Positions 1 through 11,004 of a stretch of 33,109 bases of DNA are shown piece after piece. Every line of letters starts with the position of its first letter. Positions within the stretch are counted from its first letter, which is position 1. The notes below the pieces were generated by a model. It did no database searches. It was not told the origin of the DNA and saw only the letters and a program-made list of their open reading frames with translations. This DNA comes from Tubiluchus corallicola (lineage: Eukaryota; Animalia; Priapulida): assembly GCA_030141605.1 (NCBI GenBank), contig JAQGDQ010001596.1:1-33109 (forward strand). The letters run 5' to 3'. A program made the translations under genes and the position numbers.

Positions 1-114
1 GTACAACACACTGAATATCTTACAGTAGCACTGTACTTCAATTTTCGCTTTCGCAAACACGTGCAACACGCTCGTGGAATATTTTTGCTGTTGAAAATTA
101 TGTTAGTTTGTGAT
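1..114 (+). repeat. Fragment of dispersed repeat family X, truncated at 114
   Basis: Matches about 11365-11466 (acaacacactgaatatcttacagtag...tgttagtttgtgat). Confidence 0.8.
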
Positions 115-738
115 AAGAGTCAAGTTTCTCACCAAGGCGGAGTTAAGAGCGAAGCCATACATAATTATGCTGTAACACACCCCCAGAAAACAGTGGCGGC
201 ATAGATAGAGATTTATTTAGATTTCAAGGTGTCTTCCATGTAATCATCAGTCTCATCTGAGCACGATTTAGTATGTTTAGGTATTCACAAAAACATAATA
301 ATAATAATAATAATCTTTATTTAAAGTCGGCTTTTGGGTCAACAATTAACATTAGCTCAAAGAGCTATTATCGCCGACTGTAAATAACAACCTACAACTG
401 CATAACAGAGACTATTATTACCCCACTTTTACCCTAAATACCACGCGTCAGGCAGGGCAACAGCAGGTACCATTTTTAAAGTCTTTGGTATGACCCGGCC
501 GCGGGTTCGAACTCACGACGGAAAGCAGACGCATTACCACTAGACTAAACCGTCTGGTGTCATATAGAAATTTGACACCAAAAATTTGTGATAATCAAAT
601 AAAAGCGACTACAAAGTATCAGATATAAAAAGGCAGCCACTTAGGTGCACAGCATATGCAGCCTAGGTCCACAGCATATACAGCCTAGGTGCACAGCATA
701 TACAGCTTTCATGCTGATTTGCTAAGTTTTTCATGCTT
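113..738 (-). repeat. Left arm of a near-identical inverted duplication (partner 6624-7257)
   Basis: Reverse complement matches 6624-7257 with only a few substitutions and small indels. Confidence 0.95.
295..559 (-). mobile_element. tRNA-derived SINE (copy within the inverted duplication)
   Basis: Reverse complement of 6803-7068; A box, B box GTTCGAACC, (ATT)n tail. Confidence 0.85.
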
Positions 739-3638
739 TTCACTTAACAACTCCCCGTTTAACGACGTTTCGTTTTAACAACGCCAATCATTTGACAGCT
801 GCTTTTCACTTAACAACTCCCCATTTAACGACGTTTTGTTTTAACAACGCCTATAATTTGACACCTGCTTTTCATTTAACAACTCCCCATTTAACGACGT
901 TTCGTTTTAACAACGCCAATCATTTGACAGCTGCTTTTCATTTAACAACTCCCCGTTTAACGACGTTTCGCTTTAGCAACGCCTATCATTTGACACCTGC
1001 TTTTCATTTAACAACTCCCCGTTTAACGACGTTTTGTTTTAACAACGCCTATAATTTGACACCTGCTTTTCATTTAACAACTCCCCATTTAACGACGTTT
1101 CGTTTTAACAACGCCAATCATTTGACAGCTGCTTTTCATTTAACAACTCCCCGTTTAACGACGTTTCGCTTTAGCAACGCCTATCATTTGACACCTGCTT
1201 TTCATTTAACAACTCCCCGTTTAACGACGTTTTGTTTTAACAACGCCAATAATTTCACACCTGCTTTTCACTTAACAACTCCCCGTTTAACGACGCTTCG
1301 TTTTAACAACGCCAATAATTTGACACCTGCTTTTCACTTAACAACTCCCCGTTTAACGAGGTTTCGTTTTAACAACGTCAATCATTTGACACCTGCTTTT
1401 CACTTAACAACTCCCCGTTTAACGACGTTTTGTTTTAACAACGCCAATCATTTGACACCTGCTTTTCACTTAACAACTCCCCGTTTAACGACGTTTTGTT
1501 TTAACAACGCCAATAATTTCACACCTGCTTTTCACTTAACAACTCCCCGTTTAACGACGTTTCGTTTTAACAACGCCAATAATTTGACACCTGCTTTTCA
1601 CTTAACAACTCCCCGTTTAACGACGTTTCGTTTTAACAACGCCAATAATTTCACCTGCTTTTCACTTAACAACTCTTCCTTTAACGACGTTTCGTTTTAA
1701 CAACGCCAATCATTTGACACCTTTTTCACTTAACAACTCCCCGTTTAACGAGGTTTCGTTTTAACAACGTCAATCATTTGACATGCTTTCACTTAACAAC
1801 TCCCCGTTTAACGATGTTTCGTTTAACAACGCCAATCATTTGACACTGCTTTTCACTTAACAACTCCCCGTTTAACGACGTTTCGTTTTAACAACGCCTA
1901 TCATTTGACACCTGCTTTTCATTTAACAACTCCCCGTTTAACGACGTTTCGTTTTAACAACGCCAATCATTTGACACCTGCTTTTCATTTAACAACTCCC
2001 CGTTTAACGACGTTTCGTTTTAACGCCAATAATTTGACACCTGCTTTTCACTTAACAACTCCCCGTTTAACGACGTTTTGTTTTAACAACGCCAATAATT
2101 TGACACCTGCTTTTCACTTAACAACTCCCCGTTTAACGACGTTTCGTTTTAACAACGCCAATCATTTGACACCTGCTTTTCACTTAACAACTCCCCGTTT
2201 AACGACGTTTTGTTTTAACAACGCCAATAATTTGACACCTGCTTTTCACTTAACAACTCCCCGTTTAACGACGTTTCGTTTTAACAACGCCAATCATTTG
2301 ACACCTGCTTTTCACTTAACAACTCCCCGTTTAACGACGTTTTGTTTTAGCAACACCAATCATTTGACACCTGCTTTTCACTTAACAACTCCCCGTTTAA
2401 CGAGGTTTCGTTTTAACAACGTCAATCATTTGACACCTGCTTTTCACTTAACAACTCCCCGTTTAACGACGTTTTGTTTTAACAACGCCAATCATTTGAC
2501 ACCTGCTTTTCACTTAACAACTCCCCGTTTAACGACGTTTTGTTTTAACAACGCCAATAATTTCACACCTGCTTTTCACTTAACAACTCCCCGTTTAACG
2601 ACGCTTCGTTTTAACAACGCCAATAATTTGACACCTGCTTTTCACTTAACAACTCCCCGTTTAACGACGTTTCGTTTTAACAACGCCAATAATTTCACAC
2701 CTGCTTTTCACTTAACAACTCTTCCTTTAACGACGTTTCGTTTTAACAACGCCAATCATTTGACACCTGCTTTTCACTTAACAACTCCCCGTTTAACGAG
2801 GTTTCGTTTTAACAACGTCAATCATTTGACACCTGCTTTTCACTTAACAACTCCCCGTTTAACGATGTTTCGTTTTAACAACGCCAATCATTTGACACCT
2901 GCTTTTCACTTAACAACTCCCCGTTTAACGACGTTTTGTTTTAACAACGCCAATCATTTGACACCTGCTTTTCACTTAACAACTCCCCGTTTAACGACGT
3001 TTTGTTTTAACAACGCCAATAATTTCACACCTGCTTTTCACTTAACAACTCCCCGTTTAACGACGCTTCGTTTTAACGACGCCAATAATTTGACATCTGC
3101 TTTTCACTTAACAACTCCCCGTTTAACGACGTTTTGTTTTAACAACGCCAATAATTTCACACCTGCTTTTCACTTAAAAACTCCCCGTTTAACGACGTTT
3201 TGTTTTAACAACGCCAATAATTTGACACCTGCTTTTCACTTAACAACTCCCCGTTTAACGACGTTTTGTTTTAACAACGCCAATAATTTCACACCTGCTT
3301 TTCACTTAACAACTCTTCGTTTAACGACGTTTCGTTTTAACAACGCCAATCATTTGACACCTGCTTTTCACTTAACAACTCCCCGTTTAACGACGTTTTG
3401 TTTTAGCAACACCAATCATTTGACACCTGCTTTTCACTTAACAACTCCCCATTTAACGAGGTTTCGTTTTAACAACGCCAATCATTTGACACCTGCTTTT
3501 CACTTAACAACTCCCCGTTTAACGACGTTTTGTTTTAGCAACACCAATCATTTGACACCTGCTTTTCACTTAACAACTCCCCATTTAACGACGTTTCATT
3601 TTAACAACGCCAATCATTTGACACCTGCTTTTCACTTA
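734..3638. repeat. 66-bp satellite array, about 44 copies
   Basis: Unit ttgacacctgcttttcacttaacaactccccgtttaacgacgtttcgttttaacaacgccaatcat; 22-aa period in the spurious ORFs. Confidence 0.98.
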
Positions 3639-3964
3639 GCAGCTTTTCAAAGTTTCCTTGTGTACATGTGCTGTTGCTATAGGTCAAAGTTTAAGTGAAC
3701 CACTGCAATGCATTTTAACTACAACCATCACATTCATTTGGCTAAAACAAAGCCATCTGCTTCATCAGTTCAGTAACTTCAGTTGTTTTACATGGATTTT
3801 ACTTAATTATGCATTAGTCTGTGCATAGATTGACCTTGCAGGACCTTACAATAGGTTGGATAGCGAGGCGTTGTCAAGTGTACATAAATGCGTTGTCTGG
3901 TGCACTTAACCTTTGACCTTTTAACGATCAGTTGCAGTTGCCGGAACTGTGAAAGGGCTTATTA
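3637..3964 (-). mobile_element. MITE-like family Y copy
   Basis: Reverse complement of 12414-12734 plus 13708-13795; degenerate terminal inverted repeats (taataagccttttcacagttcc-like). Confidence 0.75.
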
Positions 3965-4067
3965 GGGAGCTTCTTCTTCATACTTGAAAGATACTCTGTT
4001 ACTGTTAAACAATGGCACCTGAATTCCAAGCTCTGTTGTTATTGTTTACTGTTGTTATTGTTTACAG

Positions 4068-4196
4068 ATGTGGATGAATGCACCACTGGGGTTCACATTT
4101 GCCACGAGAATGCAGAATGTACAAATACTGATGGTAGTCATACATGTGCCTGTACTCGTTTTGGTTACCAAGGTAACGGAGTCAGCACTTGTGAAG
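4068..4196 (+). CDS. Exon 1, cbEGF type A: [43 protein letters not shown]
   Basis: tttacag acceptor, gtatgt donor, 129 nt, six Cys. Confidence 0.95.
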
Positions 4197-4399
4197 GTAT
4201 GTATGATGATAAAACGGACGTCATCTTGTCAACTTCAACTTCTAATCCACCAGATTTAAAATTTGCAAATTTATTTGTTATGATACAGTCTTTCATTAAA
4301 AGAAAACAGAATGATTTTTCATATCATGTTCCATTTTGAAGTACGGTAAAAAGTGTGCATTTTAATATCGGTGTTGCAGGTGCAAATATTTTGGTCCAT

Positions 4400-4609
4400 T
4401 ACCTCTTCCCAAGGTAGTATATGCATTAGAAGCCACAATATATTAGACTGTAGTTCAACAAGCTAGACTACCCCTTCCCAAGGTAGTATATACATTAGAA
4501 GCCACAATATATTAGACTGTAGTTCAACAAGCTAGACTACCCCTTCTCAAGGTAGTATATGCATTAGAAGCCACAATATATTAGACTGTAGTTCAACAAG
4601 CTAGACTAC
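4400..4609. repeat. 69-bp minisatellite, 3 copies
   Basis: aaggtagtata at 4411, 4480, 4549. Confidence 0.95.
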
Positions 4610-4757
4610 TTTTTCTACTCTGACATTGTAAAGGTGGAACTTGTTATGTACACACGTCTTTGTTACATTTAAAAATTTGACTTATAATTATACTGCTACC
4701 TTTTACTGACATTGCGGCTTTTTCTCGACTCAATATTGGACCAACAATAATAAACGG

Positions 4758-4961
4758 TTGTAATGTATACGCTCAAACAAAAGTTGCGTTCCCATATCTA
4801 TGTTAGTTTATTCTGCAAAAATACAAATTTTCTGTACTCTTGCACTTATTTCAGTAGATTTGTAGATGTAGTAATTGTAGACTACAGAAAATTTGTATTT
4901 TTGTAGAATAAACTAACATAGATATGGGAACGCAACTTTGGTTTGAGCGTATACATTACAA
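4758..4961. repeat. Long fold-back inverted repeat, 79-bp arms, 46-nt spacer
   Basis: 4758-4836 versus 4883-4961, 77/79 complementary. Confidence 0.95.
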
Positions 4962-5940
4962 TCTATAATATTGCCAAAGTGTTTCTGATAAATAAGAAGT
5001 AGGTAAAAAACTTAATTAACAACTGATGAGCCCGGATGACATCACGACTGAACATAACAACTTTCAATGACACAAACATTCAATAAGCCTGTTGGTTGTC
5101 TGTGTTTGCAAGAGCGAAAATTGAAGTACAGGGCTACTGTGCAACATTCAGTGTAATATACAAAAACTCCACAAATTTCAAGTTTAAAATTCAAATTTAA
5201 AGTATACTGTTCTACCAATGCATGGCTCCTAAATGTGTGCACTACATCACAACCGAACACTTCTTAACTGAGAAGTACAGCACCTGTTTTTGTGCAACGT
5301 GTTTCCAAAATACAGACATAGACATAGACATAGAACATTTATTTTCTCCAATTAGTTTAACATCAAAAGTTTTTTAAATATCAAATAATTATAATCATAG
5401 AGCAGGGCAGGGAAGGGCCATGGGGTCATCTAGTCTCCTGCCTTTTCTTATAAATAGATTAGTATATTAAAAATGCTGCATATAACAAAAACAAATAAGA
5501 AAAAAATAATAATAAAAACAGTGTGAATGATACAAATTATCCAAAAAGAACTGAAAACAAAAAATAATAAAGTTAGATACCTAAATCTAAACAAAACAAT
5601 ACAGTTATTCAGTAAATAGGATTAATATATGTAGTAGTTTCAAATGGGGTCTTATTAACAGGGGAATTTGACCAAGGTTAGTGAGTAAAGTTAAAAAACT
5701 GAGAGTATGGAAAGAAAAAAATAAGGCGCTAGTGCCAATCTAACTAGCGAATGGAAAAATGCATGTAACAGCGAAGAACTAGTGGCGTGAATGCGAATTT
5801 GTGTTTGTGTGTTAGCAACACGTAAGTCGTTTTTCAGAAAAACACTACGTTCCCTTTCAATATTTTTTGGGGTAGATTGTTTTGAGCTATAGTTTAAGAT
5901 TGGGGTTCCAGTTTTCTTTTAATGTTGTAGATAATATTTT
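4962..5940 (-). repeat. Dispersed repeat family X, split by an insertion at about 5312-5718
   Basis: 4962-5311 and 5719-5940 are reverse complements of contiguous sequence at about 11005-11546. Confidence 0.8.
5312..5718 (-). mobile_element. Probable 3' end of a non-LTR retroelement
   Basis: Interrupts family X; on the minus strand it ends in AATAAA then (TATGTC)n; aaaata on both sides may be a TSD. Confidence 0.55.
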
Positions 5941-6178
5941 CAAGTCAAAGTAAATTCTATTGCATTTCCATACTGTGCGATAACACATACTAATTTAAAA
6001 CTTAGCTTATAATTATAATTATAATTTATAATAACTAATTAAATTTTTCACTTAGCTTATTAGCTATTATGTTTGTGTAATAAAAAATTGATTTGAAATA
6101 AAGTTACATTGTAATTGAGGAAATTAGAGTTCCAGCATTTAATAAATGAGATACTTAATTGAAATTTTTAGTCCTTAA

Positions 6179-6556
6179 CTCGTTCAGGACCATAAGCATT
6201 TGCTGGATTTTGCAGAGGTTCATGAAAAACTGTCTCACTAAGCAGCAACTGCGTTATATTTGTTGACCTTTTGTAGATTTCTATTCCTCACACACTAGAT
6301 TTTCCTGCAAAATTATATAGGAAATGCACTTGCTTTTACCTTAGACAAATTAAAAATTGATTTTTGACGAATAAATTGAAAAAATCTTTCAATAAGTGCA
6401 GTGCTTGCAATGTAACAATATACGGTGTCACTTTGTGAAATCAGCTAATGTAGAAGATTTCAACTATCCAGACACAACACTCTGATAGACTTTAGCCTCA
6501 AGTCTACTCCATTTTTAAAGAGAAAATCTTGTTAAAAGATGAAACGACCTTAATTT
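6179..6556 (+). mobile_element. Family V (piggyBac-like non-autonomous element), partial
   Basis: Starts TTAA-ctcgttcaggac; homologous to about 24384-24745 and, inverted, to 16556-17512. Confidence 0.75.
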
Positions 6557-6562
6557 CTCCTT

Positions 6563-6612
6563 GTGTCAAAACACGTCGCTCCCAAAGTGAGTCTATTAAG
6601 CGCCGCCTACTG
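6563..6612 (-). mobile_element. Terminal fragment of Tigger/pogo-like family Z
   Basis: gtgagtctattaagcgccgcctactg-TA matches the termini of 12735-13707. Confidence 0.75.
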
Positions 6613-6623
6613 TATTTGAATTT

Positions 6624-7257
6624 AAGCATGAAAAAACTTAGCAAATCAGCATGAAAGCTGTATATGCTGTGCACCTAGGCTGTATATGCTGTGGACCTAG
6701 GCTGCATATGCTGTGCACCTAAGTGGCTGCCTTTTTATATCTGATACTTTGTAGTCGCTTTTATTTGATTATCACAAATTTTTGGTGTCAAATTTCTATA
6801 TGACACCAGACGGTTTAGTCTAGTGGTAATGCGTCTGCTTTCCGTCGTGAGTTCGAACCAGCGGCCGGGTCATACCAAAGACTTTAAAAATGGTACCTGC
6901 TGTTGCCCTGCCTGACGCGTGGTATTTAGGGTAAAAGTAGGGTAATAATAGTCTCTGTTATGCAGTTGTAGGTTGTTATTTACAGTCGGCGATAATAGCT
7001 CTTTGAGCTAATGTTAATTGTTGACCCAAAAGCCGACTTTAAATAAAGATTATTATTATTATTATTATGTTTTTGTGAATACCTAAACATAGTAAATCGT
7101 GCTCAGATGAGACTGATGATTACATGGAAGACACCTTTGAAATCTAAATAAATCTCTATCTATGCTGCCACTGCCATGTTTTCTTGGGGGTGTGTTACAG
7201 CATAATTATGTATGGCTTCGCTCTTAACTCCGCCTTGGTGAGAAACTTGACTCTTAT
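6624..7257 (+). repeat. Right arm (probable donor) of the inverted duplication
   Basis: Reverse complement of 113-738. Confidence 0.95.
6803..7068 (+). mobile_element. tRNA-derived SINE
   Basis: A box tagtctagtgg, B box gttcgaacc, body gggtcataccaaagactttaaaaatggtacc, ends aataaag(att)n; diverged copy at 20232. Confidence 0.88.
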
Positions 7258-7944
7258 GAAACTTGCTTGTGCTGGTGTGGGGCGTGCTTCTGGTTTATTC
7301 GGCCTGTGAAAGTCATGTTTAAAGTTGTAGATCACTCACTTGTAGAAGAAGAATAAAAAACTATACTACATATTTGCACAGAAAAGTGTTTATTAAACTA
7401 CATGCACATATGTAGAATGACTGCTGCACTGAACACTGAGAATGAGAGTGTCCTGCACTGAACACTGAGAGTTAGACAGTAAGTAACATGAGTATCACGA
7501 CTTCTGCACTGCATTGAGAGTGAGACAGTGACTAGAAAGTAAATCAGGCAGTATATATAGGTATAGGTGATTATGCAGACTTGGCTTCACAAAACCATTA
7601 CTTTAAATTAGGGAGAGATCCAGTGAATATGCATTCACTGGACCGTACAATTATACTGGGGGTGAGTTTAGCTAGTAGAGTAACAGGATTAGTTCATAGA
7701 TTGCAGCACCTAAAAATGAACAACTACAACTTCCACACGGCCTGCAACCATCGTGACTTCCATAAACTATACTTCAGAACAGCTACAATTATTAAAAATG
7801 CATTAAAATATTTAATAAATTAAATTGCGATCAAACTAGGCATGAAATGTTTGTGAATTTCTGCAACTTGTGTTGTGTTTTTTTATTTGTTTATGGAAAT
7901 ATTAATGTGTTCACGATCAATGCGAAGATGCTCTTTTGTTTTAG

Positions 7945-8073
7945 ATGTTGACGAATGTGAACAGGATACGGACACGTGTGATCAAACCACAACCGTATGT
8001 CAAAACACGGACGGGAGTTACCGTTGTAATTGTAGACAGGGTCATGTGAGAGTGGATGCTACAACTTGTGCAG
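7945..8073 (+). CDS. Exon 2, cbEGF type B: DVDECEQDTDTCDQTTTVCQNTDGSYRCNCRQGHVRVDATTCA
   Basis: ttttag / gtatgg, 129 nt. Confidence 0.95.
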
Positions 8074-8130
8074 GTATGGTTGACCAATGGCTATCTTGAC
8101 TTGCTTTTCGCCATATTACTGCAGTATCAT

Positions 8131-8661
8131 ATTAAGCCTTTTCACAGTTCCAACGATTGATGATGATCGTGAAAAGATCAAATGTAGTGATTGAGTGCTC
8201 TGTCTGTACTTACCGATAATATATAAATTTTAACTTAATTTCACATAAATTAAAATAAATTACAGTAATATTTGTTAATTTTGTGAAGTAATGTCAAGAT
8301 GCGAACATTCTCTGATGTGAAGTATCACAGCATGAGTGTTCATTCAGTCTAGCGTATACCGAAGGATTATTTCTTTACATATTCGTATTGTAGACGACTC
8401 TTTAGCGACATCTCCCAAAAACATGTCGTAAATATAAGTCGACCCCAAAAATTTCACCTTAAAATCGCCTCCCAAAAATTCGACTTGTACGTAAGTATAT
8501 ACGGTAGTTCATTTTTTCTTCTTCCCAAGCAAAATCCTGCTAGTAAATCAGTCTATGCATAATTAAGTAAAGTCCACGTTAAATAGCTAACGTTAGTGAA
8601 CTGATGTGGCAGATGGCTTTGCTTTACCCACACGTGACGTGGCGGTCATAGTTAAGATGCA
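8131..8661 (+). mobile_element. Family Y copy, interrupted and partly deleted by a family W fragment
   Basis: taagccttttcacagttccaac as at 12417; resumes at 8505 as at about 12577. Confidence 0.7.
8190..8504 (+). mobile_element. Right end of Tc1/mariner-superfamily non-autonomous family W
   Basis: Closely matches about 25580-25896; ends gtatatacgg-TA. Confidence 0.8.
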
Positions 8662-9112
8662 AGAATGATTATCAGTTTAATTAGATTAGTAGATTTTTCT
8701 GTTAGTAAGTTATTTGTGCAAATATCACACCAGTAAAGATGTTTTTGTTGGAATAAATTCTCTTGAAAGGAGTCTAGTAATATTGTGCTTGCCCACTTTC
8801 CAGGTTAGACTGGTTCTCAGTCCTGTTTCGAATCTCTGTTATTCTTTTATTTTGTTTGTTCACATTTTAGGATTCTTTCTGATTCATTTTAGTATTGGGT
8901 TAGAATTTTTCCATTGCCCACTGTCAGTGCTACTTTTGTAATTTATTCAATTACGATGGTCATTTGGGGGATGGATGTGGCTGATACGACAATGACCGCC
9001 CCTTGTTTTTGAGCACTTGTCTATGATTTTGCCAAATTTTGCAGTGGACCAATTAGCGGTGTAAAGTTTATTGTAGCTACATTTGAAAAATGGTTTGCTG
9101 ATATGTTATTTA

Positions 9113-9741
9113 TGTGCTTGCATGTGAACATCAGTCATAAGTCGGCATTTTACAGTTTCCTAGTTATTCACATATCCTGAATCTCCATTTCACGAGGATC
9201 ATTTTGATACCAAGTTCATCACTCTATGTTATTTCTAAACTGAGATAATCCACGTTGAAGTTGAGGTGCAGGCTGCACACTGAAAAACATTACCTAGAGA
9301 AATCTCCGTTAAAGTCAGCCATTGTTTTCGTCTCATCTCTACAAAACACTTAGCAACCGTGCAAATGTTGGTTGCTATGGACTTTGCAAGAATACATTGA
9401 AGTTATGTTTAAATCCAATAGATGGCTCTTCCTGACGAAGATCTGGTCTTGTCAACAGAAAAAACCCGAAGCAAAATGGCTGCTTCTACAAGCTACAATC
9501 GGAGTTTGAAAATACAAGTTTTTTTTCAATTACATTACTAGTTTTTAGCCAGGAAAGTGGGTTCCAGGTTATAAAATTAGGTTCTTGGTATTTTTTAAAA
9601 TGTTCTTGATAATTTGACGTTTGTTTTTATAAAAAGCAAAAAATTGACATTAGTTCAAACTGTTAGAGCATTCTACTTTTCAAACATCATAACGTAGTTT
9701 TGACTATGCCGACTTGTGAACGGTTTTGGTTTGCAAGCACA
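9113..9741 (+). mobile_element. TIR-bearing non-autonomous element, family U (superfamily undetermined)
   Basis: Imperfect TIRs of about 37 bp (tgtgcttgca...aagtcggca); copies at 18954 (-) and 23652 (+). Confidence 0.85.
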
Positions 9742-10074
9742 CGTTCGATAGTTTCTTTAAAGAAAAGAAACCACTTTACTTACATAAATGTAAAAAAATT
9801 TCCTTTCGAAATTTTAAATCACTTACATGCACACAAAGCTTGGATTAGCAGTAACTTTGGGTAAAATTTTTAAATTTAAACTCCCGTGATGAGTCTGATG
9901 ACCGTTAGCTAGGGCCATTTTGTGAGTAAGTCGTTTGAAACAAGTTTAGATAACATTGCACAAGGTTTGAAAAATAATCAGAGCTTTTCTAATACATTCT
10001 TCACTAACTAAGCAAAGTTTGAATTACATTATCTTGTCAGTTAGATTAACAATATGTTTTTGGTGAATCAGTAG

Positions 10075-10372
10075 TGCACACTGGGATAGTGAACCAGTGA
10101 CGTTTTAGCAGGTGGTACAAAGATCTTAAATAATTGAAGTTTTCTTTTTGCACACTGGGATGGTGAACCAGTGACGTTTTAGCAGGTGGTGCAAAGATTT
10201 TAAATTACTAAAAGTTTTCTTTTTGCACACTGGGATGGTGAACCAGTGACGTTTTAGCAGGTGGTACAAAGATCTTGAATTATTGAAGTTTTCTTTTTGC
10301 ACACTGGGATGGTGAACCAGTGACGTTTTAGCAGGTGGTACAAAGATCTTGAATTATTGAAGCTTTCTTTTT
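10075..10372. repeat. 74-bp minisatellite, 4 copies
   Basis: tgcacactggga at 10075, 10149, 10224, 10298; internal cactgg/ccagtg stem. Confidence 0.95.
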
Positions 10373-10529
10373 AACTTACTCAAGTCTTTCAAACAGATGA
10401 ACATAACAAACAGAGATACTAAGTAATACTACTTTGTGTGGAAAGTCATTTTTTAAAATCGAGTTTTTTTAGCTTTTAAGTAACATATAATGCGTCTATT
10501 GTAATTTTTGGATTTTTCATTTTTACCAG

Positions 10530-10658
10530 ATTTAAATGAATGCGATTCTGATGCTCATGGATGTCATGAACGAGCTCGCTGCATCAACACTGAAGGCAGC
10601 TTTAGATGCTCGTGCAACCGCGTTGGTTACCGTGGCAACGGCATTGAGTCATGCGATG
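10530..10658 (+). CDS. Exon 3, cbEGF type A: DLNECDSDAHGCHERARCINTEGSFRCSCNRVGYRGNGIESCD
   Basis: ttttaccag / gtgagt, 129 nt; not in the ORF track, translated by hand. Confidence 0.95.
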
Positions 10659-11004
10659 GTGAGTTCCTCTTGCTGTATGATTGACAGTTATGTTGCTTAT
10701 TAGGGCTGAGCATTCTCTACCATAAAGCGAATTCGAATTGAGTGTGAAAGATTTTCAAACAAGTTTTCGAACCACCAATAAAAACTGATCTTACAAAGAT
10801 CATGCTTATTGCTCGATTTTGCTCAACAGTAAAACCACCGGTAATTCGTTTAAAATTGTGCAGAGAAATCATCTTAAGTAATCTGCTAATTGCATGATGT
10901 TTCAAACATTTTGGACCAAGCACAACGTAATTAGTAGTACTACTCTCGCTGATACAGTAGCTTTCCTAAATGTATTACCACTATAAAGGCTATTACAGTT
11001 ATTG

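Noticed and set aside
734-3638. Possible CRISPR array
   Set aside because: Units are contiguous with no unique spacers, there are no cas genes, and the context is eukaryotic.
792-3698. 302-aa and 597-aa ORFs with a 22-aa repeat that looks loosely LRR-like (LTTFRFNNANHL)
   Set aside because: They are a stop-free frame of the 66-bp satellite. They start at TTG, are broken by frameshifts at 1650-1850, lie in an intron, and the unit matches a transposon terminus.
6803-6870. tRNA gene
   Set aside because: A and B boxes are present but there is no full cloverleaf; it continues into a SINE body and tail found in three copies.
113-7257. Single 7-kb transposon with 630-bp TIRs
   Set aside because: There is no TSD or transposase, the arms contain a SINE, and the interior holds a correctly oriented host exon.
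7193-7370. Possible solo or 3' LTR (G-run, TGT...AATAAA...ACA)
   Set aside because: There is no TSD, second LTR or internal domain, so the support is too thin.
9431-9470. Hammerhead-like CTGANGA cores here and near 5023 and 7113
   Set aside because: None has a stem II followed by GAAA with matching stems I and III.
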